A DNA stretch of 64,000 bases, from contig CM068751.1 in NCBI GenBank assembly GCA_035084275.1, positions 10,788,001-10,852,000 on the forward strand. Direction: 5' to 3'. Made by a program: the position numbers and the translations under genes. The notes under the pieces are model-generated. The model was not told where the DNA came from. It worked only from the letters and a program-made list of their open reading frames with translations, and ran no database searches. The stretch comes from Hydrolagus colliei. Lineage: Eukaryota. Below are positions 1 to 14,404 of this stretch, piece by piece. The first letter of the stretch is position 1; the number at the start of each line of letters is the position of its first letter.

Positions 1-904
1 TTTCGAAGAGTAGTCCTAAAATATCTCCGATGCAATCAAACTGCTAATATTTTGCAGTATAAAATTTGCACAGCATTGATGTCATTTGCCCAGCTGGCAG
101 CATGGGACACCTGTGGCTTGATCAGTTCTCTGTGATTCAGTCAATCCGCCAGTTATCAAATCACCCCAATACTCATGAGCTGCCCTCTATATCTCAATCC
201 AATTAGGTTACAGTGATGGATGCGTCCTATCCTGTATTGTAATGATGATATGTATTGCTGCAAAACCAGAGGGAATTGAAACTTGATTTGTCAAGGATAT
301 TTTGCAGGGCAGAATACAAAATCAGGTATAATTTTTTTTAACAAAGTCAAGTTACAGTCTTGAGTGCTGTTAGCACAGTCTTAAAAAAAAGTACAGTATT
401 TATCTTCTCCGAGAATTCACTCACTGCTGTAAAAGAGTTCTCTTCGATCTATTCGAGAATGCTCTGCAGCGTTTTTTTCAGTTGAATCTCACACCCGAGA
501 CTTTTGCGTTATTCTTTTTGTTTTTTAAAAAAAAATTGGGGTTGAGAAAAGACACTTCAGATTGTCGAGTTTTCACATGTCGGGTGCAGACCTCAGTCTG
601 AAATGTCGCTGATTTATAGATCTTTGGTTTAAAATTCCTTTCCTCTTCTTGCTCCAAAGTGATGATAATCTGCCCATGTTGGGGGGAGGGGGGGCGGGGG
701 AGAGTGTACTTAATGCTAATTAGTAAAAATGGAATTGTGTGGATTGCATTTGATAGTATATGAGTTGAGCCTCTTCCTTCCGATGTGAAAAGCAAGTCTA
801 ATCTGTGTTCAAGATAATGTCTCCACAGAATTCTTGTGATAGGCTGGTGCAATTTTCACCAATGTATGATAGACACCCCATCCTGTTTAGTGTTAGTGAC
901 GAGA

Positions 905-1038
905 TGGTGAGCATCAGGGTGCTGTCCAACTGTGGAGAACAGCGTGATTGAGGTTGATCCTGTCTTCATGCAGAAAGTTATCAGCTCACATCTTCACAGG
1001 AGTCACTGGACAACCATCAGAGGGAAACCTGGCTATTC
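905..1038 (-). mobile_element. LmeSINE1c-like relic
   Basis: gatcctgtcttcat...caggagtcactggacaaccatcagagggaaacctggct resembles the reverse complement of the recalled LmeSINE1c body. Confidence 0.45.
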
Positions 1039-1040
1039 CA

Positions 1041-1331
1041 GTAGATCAGTGGTTAGAGTACTTGCCTTACCAAGCATGAATCCAGGCAGGTCAGGGTGAA
1101 ATCTTAGGCAAGTTTCCTTACTCCACACGCCTAATAATCCTTCCCCCAAAAAACAAAAATAAAATTGGTAATTTCAATCCACGACTGTTTGTCGGATGCT
1201 GCTGTGCGTAATTGGCTGCCACATTTCGTCCAAAAGTATACAGTCAATTCACTTTACAATATATTCTGTGAAGTGCTTTGCGAACATCTAGAAGATGTGA
1301 AAAGCGCGATATCAAATGCAAGGATTATTAT
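1041..1331 (+). mobile_element. tRNA-derived SINE, short subfamily
   Basis: Degenerate A-box head, ggcaagtttccttactccac, ctgctgtgcgtaattggctgcc body and atcaaatgcaaggattattat tail. Confidence 0.9.
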
Positions 1332-1652
1332 CTTGTGACATAGCAGTCCTTGTTACATATATATCTACAGGATGTGTATAAATCGAGATGAAGTATACAA
1401 TCTATCAGATGCATTGGAAGAAGAGAGTAAGTAAAACTTTAAGATGTGGCTTTGCAAAAAGCTTTTTCTGGACAAAGAAATTCGATTTGATTGTAAGTAT
1501 GATGGCTGCGAGGTCCAGCTGTTTACTTTGAGCGTTTTTATAAATGGGAGGGTGGGGAATATATCTATCTCCATTATTCACTAAGAAGGCTATTTTGTTA
1601 GTTTCATTGTGAAATGAGAGAAACACGTTTTGCTTTGTGGAGAGATCTGTAT

Positions 1653-1993
1653 GGAATCCTCGAGCTTTGTGGTTAGAAGACTCGCCTTGCAAGCGAGAAG
1701 ACCCAGGCTTGATTCTCGGGTGGGGCAGAACCTTAGGCACGTTTCCTTACTGTGCACTCTTCTGTTTACCCAGCAGTAAGTAGGAACGCGTTTCTTAGTT
1801 GATTGGCGGATCGCTTTTCCAGGGGTAATAATCCCTTCAAAAAAAAGTAAAGTAAAAATAATAATTTGGCCATTCAATCAATGACTTTGTGGACGCTGCT
1901 GCACTTCACTTTACAGTATATTCTGTGAAGCGCTTTGAGATATATCAGAAGTTGTGATGTGGCGCTGTATCAAATGTGAGGATTATTCTTATT
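1653..1993 (+). mobile_element. tRNA-derived SINE, long subfamily
   Basis: Contains the extra ctgtttacccagcagtaagtaggaac...gattggcggatcgcttttcc block. Confidence 0.88.
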
Positions 1994-3489
1994 ACCATTT
2001 AAAGGTCTGGCTAGCCATCAACAAATGTGTCTCTGAAAGTCTGTTTTAAACAAGCTCTCGGGTGTATTTGGTCGAGAAATATCGAATCCGCAGTCACTAA
2101 TACTGTCACAAAGTAATAGAAGTAATGTCTGCTAGAAACATAAGCCTCTGGTTGCTATTACCAGAAGATATTGAACTGAGAAGAAATATGAAGTTCATCA
2201 TTAAATATTGCAGTTTTTTTTATTTTGGTAGTTTTAATTATGGACAGAGGATTAATTGCTAATGGCATGATTTTTATTGCAGGAAGTTTCCTGAATTTTA
2301 ATGTCGCTTGTGCATTTTAGATGAGGTTTAATAGGGCCACCAGTACAGTATTGTTCCCTTTTCGGTAGGCACTTTACATTTTACTGTCTTGAATTCAGCG
2401 ACCTATTACTAAGATCATTGAGTCAGAGATTGAAATATATGTGACTGGCTACAGCAGTGGTTAATGAAATGTGCTCCTTCTTCATCCATCTTTTGAAGTT
2501 GATGACGGCTGCTCAGTGTATTTTTATGGAATTGCAACCGGCCTGGGTTGCGCACACAGGTTGTATTTTCCAGGTTTTAACCATTCACAGTGTGGGAGTT
2601 TCCAAACGCACGATCATTGCTTGATTTCATCTTACAATTGGAAAATTGCTATCTGTCATAATTAATGAATTACATGATGCAAATACAGTGCTTACCAAAT
2701 TTTTGTGGACCACTTTTACTTTGAGTGCTAATTTCTCAAATTAAAACGGTTGGAGGTTAAAAAAACCCCCAATTAATTATAGTTTAATTTGTAAGAGCCT
2801 TGAACAATGTGTTGGTAAAGCTAATTGCTGATAGCTTTACTTAACTAAACGCATATTTCCTCAATTATGATGAGAGGAATACTTTACAGTAAAGGGTTGC
2901 AAGAGAATCACTTGATAAATTACATTGGCTATCTGTCAAACCTCCTTTTAGAACAAAATGAGGAAGAAATCTTGTGGTGCAAAAGGAATCGAGCATTAAT
3001 TATCCAGGACCCAGTGACCCATTGCCTTTGCAAACAAGGAGAGAGGTTCCTGAATATACAAATCCAACATGTATTTCCACTTATTTTGTAGTTCAAGAGA
3101 AAAAAGGCTAGGAAGCCTCCTTCCGCAGACTTTATTTTCGATTTAAAAACAATTAAAATAAATTTTGGATCAAGTTTTTAGTAACTGTGGTGAATACTGT
3201 GAAGGGCTTTGAGCACTGTACCAAATGCAAGGATTATTATTATTATATTCAGGGCTGCATTCAATAACTGTACACGTTCATTTATGAAGTTATTAGGCAA
3301 AAATGTTCCCAGATTTTATTTAACAAGCTTCACCTGCATAACTGTCATTCTCATTCTTCTTTTTAATTTAAACCAACATGGAATCCAGATGAAGTCAAGA
3401 AGGTTAATGGCTTCTGGTATGAACCTTCTAATTGACAGTTCAGATTTTGCGCAAAGCAGAGCACCGTTTATTGCACAGTGCAGGAATGC

Positions 3490-3792
3490 TGTAGTGAATT
3501 GACTGTATATTTGTGGGTGAAACATGGTAGCCAATTGTGCACAGCAGCGTCCCATTATCAGGCATGTGAAGTAAGGAAACTCACCCAAGGTTATGACTTG
3601 CTGGGAATCAAACCCAGTTCTCTCGTTTGCGAGGTGAATGCTCTAGCCACTCAGCTACAGGAACCCACAAACAAAGACTAAAGAAAAATATACAGTGAAT
3701 TCACTTTGCAGTATATCCTTTGAAGCGCTTAGAGATGTCTCAACGAAATCATATGGCTTTACAGCAAATGCAAGAATTATTATTGTTATTAT
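3490..3792. mobile_element. Two SINE fragments in opposite orientation (3490-3665 minus, 3688-3792 plus)
   Basis: Antisense head and body, then the sense 3' half with its tail. Confidence 0.8.
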
Positions 3793-4414
3793 TAATCCTG
3801 TCTCTTCTGGCATGTTTGTCCATTTTGGCAGCTTTGTTTTCATTTTGGCGAAAGGTATTACTTTTATCATTTCAAAGTTAGAAACGGAAATAAATTTGCA
3901 CGCATTTCCCCTTTGTGGTTCATCACATGATGGACTGTTAATTGAGTTCATGTGCGTTGGGCTATTCGTTTCTATGAGTTATAGAATAACTGCCGTTTGC
4001 ATTATAAACAGGAGTGTGATCTGTCCTAGAGATACGCTTACGTGATTATTAAACGCTAAGTGCTAACAAAAGGGATAGTTTAATCTCAAGTATATTGTAC
4101 GGCTTAAAAGCTTTTTTTAAAAAAAGGATAAATTAACACCTGTCCTTGCAGTTAACTATTAATGACTGTACGTATTACAGTTTAGCCTATTTTTAAAATA
4201 AAAGTAAATTCAATGAAATGATCAATCTTGTGCATCAACACTTTACATGGAGTAGATTGTTTTGTGAGCAGTGATTTGACTTTCAGTGACATCAGGCACG
4301 AATAAGGAAAGCCAAGCGTACATACATCATTCTTTAATGTCTCTTGTCAACAATACATGGAAAAGTATTAACCGGAGTCCGAGCTTCCAAGTGTCTGCTA
4401 GGAAACTGAACCAA

Positions 4415-4732
4415 AGCCCTGCAGCTCAGTGGTTAGAGAGCCTGCCTTACAAGCGCGAGACCGGTATTTCAAATCAAGGCCAGTCAGGGTGAAACCTTGG
4501 GCAAGTTTCCTTACTCTACACACAAGTCTAATAATCCTCCCAAAAAAAACAATAATAAAAATCGGTCATTTCAATCCACGATTGTTTGTGGGGACACTGC
4601 TATGTGCAATTGGCTGCGCTGTTTTGCCCACAAATATACAGTCAATTCACTTTACAGTAAATTCTGTGAAGCGCTTTGAGATGTCTAGAAGATGTGAAAA
4701 GTGCTATATCAAATTCAAGGATTATTGTTATT
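4415..4732 (+). mobile_element. tRNA-derived SINE, full length, short subfamily
   Basis: gcagctcagtggttagag head through to the (TTA)n tail. Confidence 0.92.
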
Positions 4733-5411
4733 AAAGCACATCACTCATTGGAGTGAAAGTAAAGATTGATGATAATCTCTGTGCAGATGGGATTCTGTAT
4801 CCCTGAAGACTTGTTGGTAGTAACGTTTCTCAGGCAGCTTTGCTCGCATGTATCTCTTGTTGAGATCATTGACTGATTAGCACATCTTCCCGAGGAGCAC
4901 CCTGAAGATCTAATATGCAGGTTATGAACTGCTAAGGAGGCTGGATTTCATTGTTATTTCCAGCAGCAGCAGCCAGTATGTGCTGTGTGTGTGTGTTTTT
5001 CCTTTGGACTTATTACCTGACCGCTGATAGCGTCGATTTCATCTCACTGGAGAACGTCAGGGATATTTAGTTTGAAAACCTGCCAACCTCAAAGCCAGAT
5101 CCAGAAACCACAAATGGATGCTGAGCTGAAGCGGAGCACATAGTGAAGCTTAGATGCCCTATAGCTGAACGTTCCTGAAGTCAGTAGAGCCTTGTTAAGG
5201 AACCGTCTTTGATCGAGTCAAAGGTTCACATTGAATTCACGTGCAGGGTTGAAATTCACCTGTTTCGAAGTTTATCCACTCAAATAGTCAGGATCCCCTT
5301 CCGATCTCCCTAGACCTGTTACCTAGCCACAGTGGTTTAATGTCAGCTAAGTTTGGTTCGATTTGCGTAGTCGATTAAAACATTTCAAAGCGTATAACCT
5401 GATTCATTTGT

Positions 5412-5733
5412 GGAGCTCCTGTGGCTCAGTGGTTAGAGCACTCGCCTTACAAGCGTGAGATCTGTGTTCAAATCCAGGCAGATCAGGGCAAAACCTTGGG
5501 CAAGTTTCCGTATTCCACATGCCTAATAATAATCCATCCAAAAAAACCTCACAATAATACAAATTTGTAATTTCAAAGCACAACTGTTTGTTGGACACTG
5601 CTGTGCACAATTGGCTGCTGCATTTCACCCACAAGTATACAGTCAATTCACTTTACAGTATATTCTGTGAAGCGCTTTGCGACATCGATAAGATGTGAAA
5701 AGTGCAATATCAAATGCAAAGATTATTATTATT
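5412..5733 (+). mobile_element. tRNA-derived SINE, full length, short subfamily
   Basis: ggagctcctgtggctcagtggttagagc head, B-box gttcaaatcc, (TTA)n tail. Confidence 0.92.
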
Positions 5734-6655
5734 CCTATCCTAAAATGATTTGGGCTACAACTTCATAACCTTTCTCCCCCCCTTCCCCTCCCTACCCACC
5801 CTCCCAAAAAAATAACAACCAAGTTACAGTAATAAACTTTCCAGCAATACAATGATTGGAATTATTGCTTTTATAAGTGGCTGTATAAATGTTGTGAAAT
5901 TAATAGAAATTGATTTAAATTATGATAAACCACAAAAATGCTATTTTTTCCCCCCGTCTTTTCCATATTTTGACAAAACTGTGTTAACTTCAGGTTTCCT
6001 GAAATCCAGCTGAACACCTTCTTAGAGCTGCTAAGCTACAAATATTTGCCAGGAAGATTCCTTCTATCGTCTGGACATAGAGCAATCAAGCTTGTCACAG
6101 ATACGAATGCCAAGTTTGATATATATGTTGTCCAGACAATGTGATCCTTAGGCGGCTGAGCCTTAAGCTCCATCATTGTGTCTTATTTCTTTCTCTCTTC
6201 AACTGTTTTCTTTTCATGAGGCACCCGGTTCTCAAGAATAATGATATTACTCTTCATACTCATTAATTCTATTAGAAAAGGCTCTTTCTATTGTATTGTT
6301 AAATATTTCTCTGTGAAAGATGCAGCATAAAATTGCCTTTCAAGTGTGGAAGAAAATACAAATATTTTAGTTTATTTTTGTCTTCCAAATGAAGCTATGC
6401 ATTATGCATTGTTCATTGTACATCATAGGGAGGTTTAATAAAGGAATATGAAAAATTGGTGTGAATCCAACAAAGGGGAAGCTGAACAAACTGGATATCT
6501 TTATAAGAGCTGGAGGATGTGGAAATCAAACTATGCTAATATAGATTCATGAAAGCTGGTATTTTCAGAAGGTTACGGATCATTGCTTCAATCTCACTGT
6601 TTCACAAGGACGTGTGAAAGAGTTTGTTATATATGCATATATATTGTTATATATA

Positions 6656-7155
6656 TGCTGTGCGCAATTGGCTGCCGCGTTTCTCCCACAAACATACAGT
6701 CAATTCACTTTATACTACATTCTGTGAAGCGCTTTGAGACGTCGATAAGATGTGAAAAGCGCTATATCAAATGCAAGGATTATATTATATACTGTTTATA
6801 ACATCATAATGTGTTGCATAATCAACAAGCTACATTACTCTATCTAAAACCAAACCATTTCTTAAGAAAGACAAATAATCAATGCTTTTGTTGATGTCTG
6901 TGTGTATTAATTCTGGGCAACACTTTTTTTCCTGTGTAGTTTTATGTCACTCTTAAAATATAATAGTAAGACTCCTTGCATTCGATATCACATCTGCGAG
7001 ACATCTCAAAACATAGCACAGAATATATACTGTAAAGTTAATTGACAGCATGTTTTGTGGGCAAAACGTGGCAGCCGATTGCTGCTACAAATAGTCCACA
7101 AATTTTTTTTCCTCAAATAGTCATGGATTGAGTGACCAAATCATTATTATTATTT
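6656..7155. mobile_element. Two SINE 3' halves, tail to tail (6656-6790 plus, 6965-7155 minus)
   Basis: SINE body and tail motifs on opposite strands. Confidence 0.8.
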
Positions 7156-8305
7156 AAGGTGAAAGCACAATATGCCTGTGCTGATTGCACCATTCAATCC
7201 CCTCAACCTTTTAACACGTTCAAATTTACCACATTGTAAAATATGATTGAATGTAATAATCCCTGTTGGAAATGAAATAATTAACTCCTGTCATTTCGTA
7301 TAATAGATCACACCAAAGGTTATTAGATGGTGCAATGAATTAGCACTCTCTTCTGTGCATTATAAATATCAGCTCATTGCACTTTATCAAACATAACTGG
7401 GAATCAACACAAACTAATTTTCTAGCAGAGCTGAGTTCTGACACAAACCGTTACATTTGAAATGAAATGTTCCTCTTGATCAAGTTTATTTTTTTTACCC
7501 AAACTGTATGAGGAAATTAATGGTTTGAAAATTAAACATTCTGCCGGCCATTTTAGGGTAACTTTATCATGCCCAATTCACACAACAAGAAATAATGACT
7601 TTTTTTAAATACACCTGTGCAAGATATATAATTCAATATCACATCCCGTCCAGTGAAAAATATTATTGGACTAATCTTTGGTGAAAAAGTCATTTGGGAG
7701 AAAATACTGTAGTTTGGGTTGGGTTACGTCCACATATAAAGAGAATCCTGATTCATTTTGCAACTTATTCATGAAGTGCTGTTTTCACTGGAGACTCAGT
7801 TTGATGTGGAATTAATAATTTCTCTCATGGCAACTTCTTATACTGCATTGAAATGTGGTCCAATTTTCTATTTGCTGCTGTTCCTTGACTGAGAGAGGAA
7901 AAGAAAGCTGGGCTCGAGTCTCGGATGTTTGGAAAGCTTCACGCTTTCCCAAAGAAATCCTAAATTACTAGTAATAAATGAAATGCCTGATAAATGGCTA
8001 ATCGGTGCCAAAAAATATGCAAGAATAATTAATTATTTAGCTGGTGTCAGTGATGTGTGCGTCTTTGAGACCTCAGATTAATACTTGTTGTACTGTGCCT
8101 GCAGGATCATTTGCTTCCTCTTAATCATTAGTGGGATGTCAGTAAGCAAAAAAATCCCTACATTGCAAATATGTTGGTGCACCACAAAGTTAATGTGAAA
8201 ACTATTGGAACAGTTGACTGTTAAGTGTGGAGTAAGCAAAGAATTGAAGCCTAGATATTTTTGAACATGCTGCTGTCTTTGGGAATAGGAGTTGTGGGAG
8301 AGGGG

Positions 8306-8666
8306 AAATAATAATGCTTGCATTTGATATTGCTCCTTATCACATCTTCGAGACATCTCACTATGCAGAGTGTACTGTAAAGTGTATGCTTCGGGGCACG
8401 AAACGTGGCAGCCAATTGCACAGAGCAGTGACGCAAACGGTAATGGATTGAGTGACCAAATTTCTTTTAAACATTTTTGAAGGGATTATCATTCTCGGAA
8501 ATGCGATCCACCAATTGATTAATAACAACCGAGTTCCTGCTTACCGCTAGGTAAACAGAGGCATGTGGAGTAAGGAACCTTGCCCAACATTTTGCCCTGC
8601 TGGGAATCAAACCCAGGTCCTCTCTCTTGCGAGTTGAGCGCTCTAACCACTGAGCTACAGGGCTCC
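8306..8666 (-). mobile_element. tRNA-derived SINE, full length, long subfamily
   Basis: Antisense tail, gttcctgcttaccgctaggtaaacagaggc block and ctctaaccactgagctacagggctcc head. Confidence 0.9.
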
Positions 8667-9115
8667 ACCATAAGAAGGGGTTTGGGCTGATGTGGCGTCT
8701 TAATTATCATCAAAAGACTCGTTGAATCGAATCATTTGATGTAATTCACTGTTTGGAGAAAGAAGAATACTTTTAACGTGACTTGAAAGTAAAATTAAAA
8801 CAATTTATTTTTACAAACTCCTTTGCCCTTGTCAAATAGCTCCCACGCTGTGCTGCCGCTAGTTCCTGATCACCTTTGGTAATACAATTGGAGTGAGTGG
8901 GAGGTTATTCATATTCCTCGTTTGCATCAGGATTGAGATAGCGCCATGACCGTGCTGATCAGGAACTGAAAGGAAAAGATAAACCCCAGTAAAATTCTGC
9001 TCGAAATTAAACATTCCCTGTAACCATTTTGTTGCATAGGGCGTTGCCAGGAAGTGTGTGTGTGTGTGTGTCAATCCTGAAGAAATGTACAATACTTTGC
9101 TATTGATGCCGGTGC

Positions 9116-9404
9116 TTTCTTGCAAGTGTGAGACCTGTGTTCGAATCCAAGCAGGTCAGGAAAAAACCTTGGGCAAGTTTCCTTACTTGATAACAATCCC
9201 TCCCAAAAAAACCACAATAATAAAATTGGTCATTTCAATCCACAAATGTTTGTGGGGACGCTGCTGTGTGCAATTCGCTGCCGCGTTTCGCTCACGAATA
9301 TACAGTCAATTCACTTTACAGTACATTCTGTGAAGCGCTTTGAGACGTCTAGAAGACTGTGAAAAACACCGTATCAAATGCAAGGATTATTATTGTTATT
9401 ATTA
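9116..9404 (+). mobile_element. tRNA-derived SINE, A box truncated
   Basis: B-box gttcgaatcc, body and tail. Confidence 0.9.
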
Positions 9405-10109
9405 TGTTGATGCCAATACTTTCTATTGGGTTTGAATTTCATCAGATTTAGTGCGTTGTTCAGTGGACGTAATAGATTGTTGAGAGGGGAGTGCGACAGT
9501 TAGATGTGCGCTTGCATTTTGTTTCTCAAGCTTCAGCTGAATAAATACAGTATGTGGGAAGTGGTGATTGATACCATAGAAACCTTGTATGTTATAATGC
9601 CTGTGAGTGGGATGTCATAGCAAACTGTGTTCTTCAGATTTTAAAAGAGAGCAAGTTGTTCAGGTGACTGACCTCTCTTGCCTCTTTATTTTTATTTCAG
9701 TTGTTCGCAAATGGATTTTTATCCGAATAAAATTATTAAATTTTACGGCTATTTATTTTTAAGATCAGTCTTTTATCAGCTAAAGCTGTGTCAATAGCTT
9801 TAGCAGATCTTTAGTACCGTTTCTCCACCCCCCACCCAAAAAAAAAACATGGTGCTAGAGTAAATTGTGAGAAGCAACATTGCAATAACATGATGAGGAA
9901 TGGTATCAAATGTTATTCTAGCTATATACTGTGGATTTCCTTTTTTAAAAAAAGAAGCTGTCATCCTCCAAGCAGAGGGAATTATACATATCCTGAATAT
10001 TTAAAAGAAAATAGCGATGAAGGATTCTCACTAGGGTACTGGAGAGGATGCAAAAAAGCTTGAAGATGTTAGAGCCAAAAAGTCACAGGGTTCAATAATA
10101 ATACTACTA

Positions 10110-10430
10110 ATAATAATAATAATCATTGTATTTGATACAGCACCCTATCACGTCTTCGAGATGTCTCAAAATGCTTCACAGAATATACTGTAAAGTGAAT
10201 TGACTGTATATTGGTGGATGAAATGCGGCAGCCAATTGCGCACAGCAGCGTCCCCACAAACAGTCATGGGTTGAAATGACCAAATTAGTTTTATTGTTCT
10301 TTTTGAGGGATTACTATCAGCCATGTGGTGTAAGGAAATTTGCCCAAGGTTTCGCCCTGAACTGCCAGGAATTGAATCCAGAGCTCTCGCTTGTAAGGCG
10401 AATGCGCTAACTACTGAGCTACAGGATTCC
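10110..10430 (-). mobile_element. tRNA-derived SINE, full length
   Basis: Antisense of the family sequence. Confidence 0.92.
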
Positions 10431-10698
10431 TTAAACGAAAACTAATGACTGAGCTATAGGACTACAGGGATATGGAGTAAATGAGTGGTGGTGGGTGTGG
10501 GGGGAATCTTGGTACTGTAGTTACAGAGCAAGCAGGATAGGGCAACCCTGTACTATAATTTGAGTCAACATTCTTAAGGATTTTCACACCTTTAAAATAT
10601 TACCCCCAATACAGATCCTTTATATTGATCATCTTGTACTGGATTTATTGTCTCATACCTTAACCTGTACAACGTGTATTTGTAGATGGGGAAGAAGA

Positions 10699-10751
10699 GT
10701 GTGTGTGTGTGTGCGCACGTGTGTATGTGTGTGTGTGTGTGCGTGTGTGTC
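10699..10751. repeat. (GT)n microsatellite, imperfect
   Basis: Seen directly. Confidence 0.9.
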
Positions 10752-12615
10752 TGCGTTGCGCTTCAATCAAAATGTTAGGATCGAATGTTATCTGTCAGGT
10801 TAATCAACAGAATACATCTCGCATCAAAACATATGGGCATCATCTGCCACAATGCTTGAGAAAATAAACTTTAATTGTCTGCTGTTCTCCGTGTGGAGCA
10901 CTTTATATATGAAACCTTCTGCTTTGTGCGGAAGGCTCTTTTTATACCCACTGCTAGCAAAATGTTCCCTTTGGTGCCTCAGCCGGAGTTCGAGGTTTCT
11001 ATACATCATCAAGTTCCCATAAACAGGCTATTCTTTCCTATTATCTGTCCTCCCATCCATTGAAGTGCCCCTTCTATGGATCAAGCTGTGGATGAATACA
11101 CTTGTGAGCAATCCGCAGTTGGCTGCTGCTTGTGAGCGTCGCTCCACCCAGCCATAGGAGGTACATGAGTTCATAATCGCTTTTGAAAGAGGGAGGAAAA
11201 AATGGAGTGCGGACAATTAAGGACAATGGGAAAAACCCAGTGTACTCCGCAAGAGGGAAGTGAATCTCCTCTTGTGAGTGATGACCACACAAATTAGTTG
11301 TGAAGAAGCTCTCTTGTTTTTTACACACACACACACAAAATTGAATAAATGGATTGTTCTAAATCTCCCAAACCGAATTGGTACGAATACTCTGCAGCAG
11401 GTCAGTCAGAAGCTGGAAGATAGTTTACTGCTTCAGGCACAAACTCTGACTTGCTGTGTGTGTTTGTGTGTTTTGTGTGTATTTTGGTTTTACTGTTTCT
11501 GCATATGGAGCACGGAATTGGGAATTCTACTGCTCCCTATGGCGCTTTCTGTATCAGAAAATTGGAATAACTGGTCTTGAAATTAAACGATAGACTCGAG
11601 ATCATTGGCAATCCCTTCAGGTTCGCCATGATATCAACAGTATTCAGTTTTTTTTTCCCAAACCACCCCCACCTTCACTTTTCTTTCTTCACTTCACTTT
11701 TACCCTCAGTGGGATCACTCGCCAATTGCTATGCAACTGAAATAGATGCAAATGTTTTTGTACGCAACAAAATCTCTTTCAGACAAAGATGTCTTGTGCA
11801 GATTAAAACTGGGGTTTGCAATCCCTTTCACCGTTGCCAAATTTGTGGTTTGTTGCGCCTCGGTACAGAGATGAACCCATGACAAGTTGAGTTCTTCAGT
11901 TCCAACAACTCCTCTTCACTTTGGGTTAAAAGCTGAATCTGTTATGGCATCTCAGACAACAGAGCTGTTTGAGGAAAGGCGCCACAGAAGGATCCAAGTT
12001 CAATTCAACATTGAGGTCGATGCTGGTTCAGTCTGTGGCTGTTCTGTGGACTATTGCTGTGTGCAAATTGACTACCGTGTTCATTTATACAGTATATTCG
12101 GTGAAGTGATTTGAGACACTTTATCAACCATTAGGATTATTATTATCATTACGTTTCTGCAATCAATGTCACTTTACACAGTTTGCCCACTGCTATTCAC
12201 TGTTATCACTCGGGAGTGCTTGGATCCAAGGAACAATGCCAAGCCGTGGAAATGTGTTCCCAGGCATTTCAGGATGAATAAAAGGCTTGTGTTCAGGCTA
12301 TCTATCTGCCGTACTGAATGACTGTGTGTATTAATGCAACCGTTGATGAAATCATCACTGGTTTAATAAATTAGTGCAGTACTTAATTTAATGGTTCCAT
12401 TTGCTTTTCATTATTGATAATATTATATCTGGGTTTAATTGGTGAGAAAATACACTTAAGTGTGGAAAAATTGCCTAGCAGACAATTATCAGTGCATTTC
12501 CACCAGCTTTAATCACAAAGGACATGTTTCTGTCTAAAGTAACATGAACACCAGTTATCGAGAGGACTGATTGCAAAATATTGACAGTACTGATGGATCT
12601 CAATGTCTTCTAAGC

Positions 12616-12993
12616 AATAATAATCCTTACATTTGATACAGCGGCTGTAACGGAGACAGTATTTCACAGGTAATTGCTGTCAAGTGTAGTTATTGTATAT
12701 TTATAGGCAAACACGGCAACCAATTTGTGCACAGCAGGGTCCCACATCCCGTGATAGACAGAAATGACCAATCTATCTGGAGTAGACTTTGAGAGGAACT
12801 CCCTTCTTGAACGGTATTGTTGAATTTTTAATGTGCACCTAAAAGGTAAGACGGGATCAGGATTTAATATTTCATTTGATGGATGGCACTTCTCATGGCT
12901 GTCGCAGTATATTCACTGGACTTTTAAACTCAAGTTCTGATGTGAATCTTAAACCCACAGCCCCCAAACACGAGGCAAGAGTGAGCCAAGCCA
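12616..12993 (-). mobile_element. Old DeuSINE (SacSINE1/AmnSINE1-like), near full length
   Basis: Colinear, degenerate match to the recalled Deu-domain reverse complement: aatgacc...gaactccc...tttaatgtgcacct...agacggg...tttaatatttcat...ggcac...ctcaagttctg...aaacccacag...gaggcaagagtg. Has an L2-like tail. Confidence 0.7.
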
Positions 12994-14404
12994 TTATTCT
13001 GAGCAAATAGGCCAAATAACAGTTTTAAAAGACTCTAAAATTTCTTTCCACCCCCCCACCCACCCCACCCCCCCCCAAAATATGTATCCACTTGTTGAGT
13101 AACCTATCCCTCTAGGCCGCTTTAGATTATTTCTGCCTCTCTGGAGATCTGTTCAATGGTGCCTTGCAATGCGATTCAATGTGAATTACATTAGGCAGAA
13201 TACAAGGAGTTTTGCTCTTTTTTGAATTTATATACTGTGCTCAACAATATAATACTGCCATTATAATGTCAATATCAACTGTTTTGTGGCACATTATTTC
13301 TCGTGAGAGCAAAGCATTAATCATGGGGTGTGAGCGTGTGTGTTGTCGGGGGGTGGGATGGGGTGTAGTGGGTGTGGGGGGTGTTTTGTAGTTGAACACA
13401 TTGTAGGTAAGACATTTCTTCTGGAGGGAATGAGGAAGAGTTTGAGGGCAAATCAACCTGCATTGCAGTTGTGTGCTCCTTAACAGCTAATTCACATTGA
13501 CATTTGTTTAAAGGCTGGGAGCTGCTTTCTGCGCCGATGAATGTTACATGGGCATGGAAGACTATATGCAACTGGACCAGGGTGTATGGAGTTCCATTGG
13601 ATAAAAGAGACATTTTTGTATACTTTTGCTTCTTGTACTCAATGAGAATAATAATTTGATATACTTACAGTTGATATACACCTTACCTCGTCATCGAGAC
13701 GCCTCAAACCGCTTCACAAGATATACTGTAAAGCGGATTGACTTCTTATTTTGTGGGCAGAATTGGCAAGTGGAAATATTTGAGTTTTCAGCTCACCAGC
13801 TAACCACATTCTCCTCAGCTCCATCATAGTGCAGGTTGGTGATCAGTCGCTATTGTCGACTATTCAGAATAGCGACCAGTGAAATGATTTGAAGCAACAG
13901 CCATCTCATCTTCAGGAGGATGAGTCAGGCTGTGCAAGTGGCCCTTGAAACATTTGTTTCTGAAGTCCTTGATTGAAACGTGTAATTTCTAACGGAATAT
14001 TAGTGCCGTCAAAAGATGCTGAGAGAGAGAGAGAAAAAAAAGTCCCATTGTTCAGAAATGTCATCCTTCACCTTAATGAGTGCCAATAATCTGACATTTG
14101 ACTTTTCAATCCAATGGTGCAATTTAGCACAGAAGCTATCACATTGCCAGTGACATCTTTATTATACTTAACCCAACTGCAATTATATTTACTTTTCACA
14201 AGCCAGCATATTTCAGCAAAATGTTCTCTTAGTCATGTACTCTGAAAGGCTTCATTGCTTGTAAATGTCACCGTTTATCGGCACTAAAATAACCAGATAG
14301 AAAACTTCTACTTGATCTCATTTCCTGTACATTTAAAAAAAAATGTTTCATGTTTACTTCTGCATCATGCGAGCCTCTACAAAGACATTTTGCAAAGGGT
14401 ACAA

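Noticed and set aside
5412-5480. tRNA gene-like sequence (A and B boxes, TAC/TGC loop), repeated many times
   Set aside because: It has no proper acceptor stem and always continues into the SINE body. These are SINE heads.
6024-6172. Short inverted repeat (gtctggaca...tgtccagac) as an old MITE or pre-miRNA
   Set aside because: Only about 9-11 bp pair convincingly and there is no TSD. Too weak to call.
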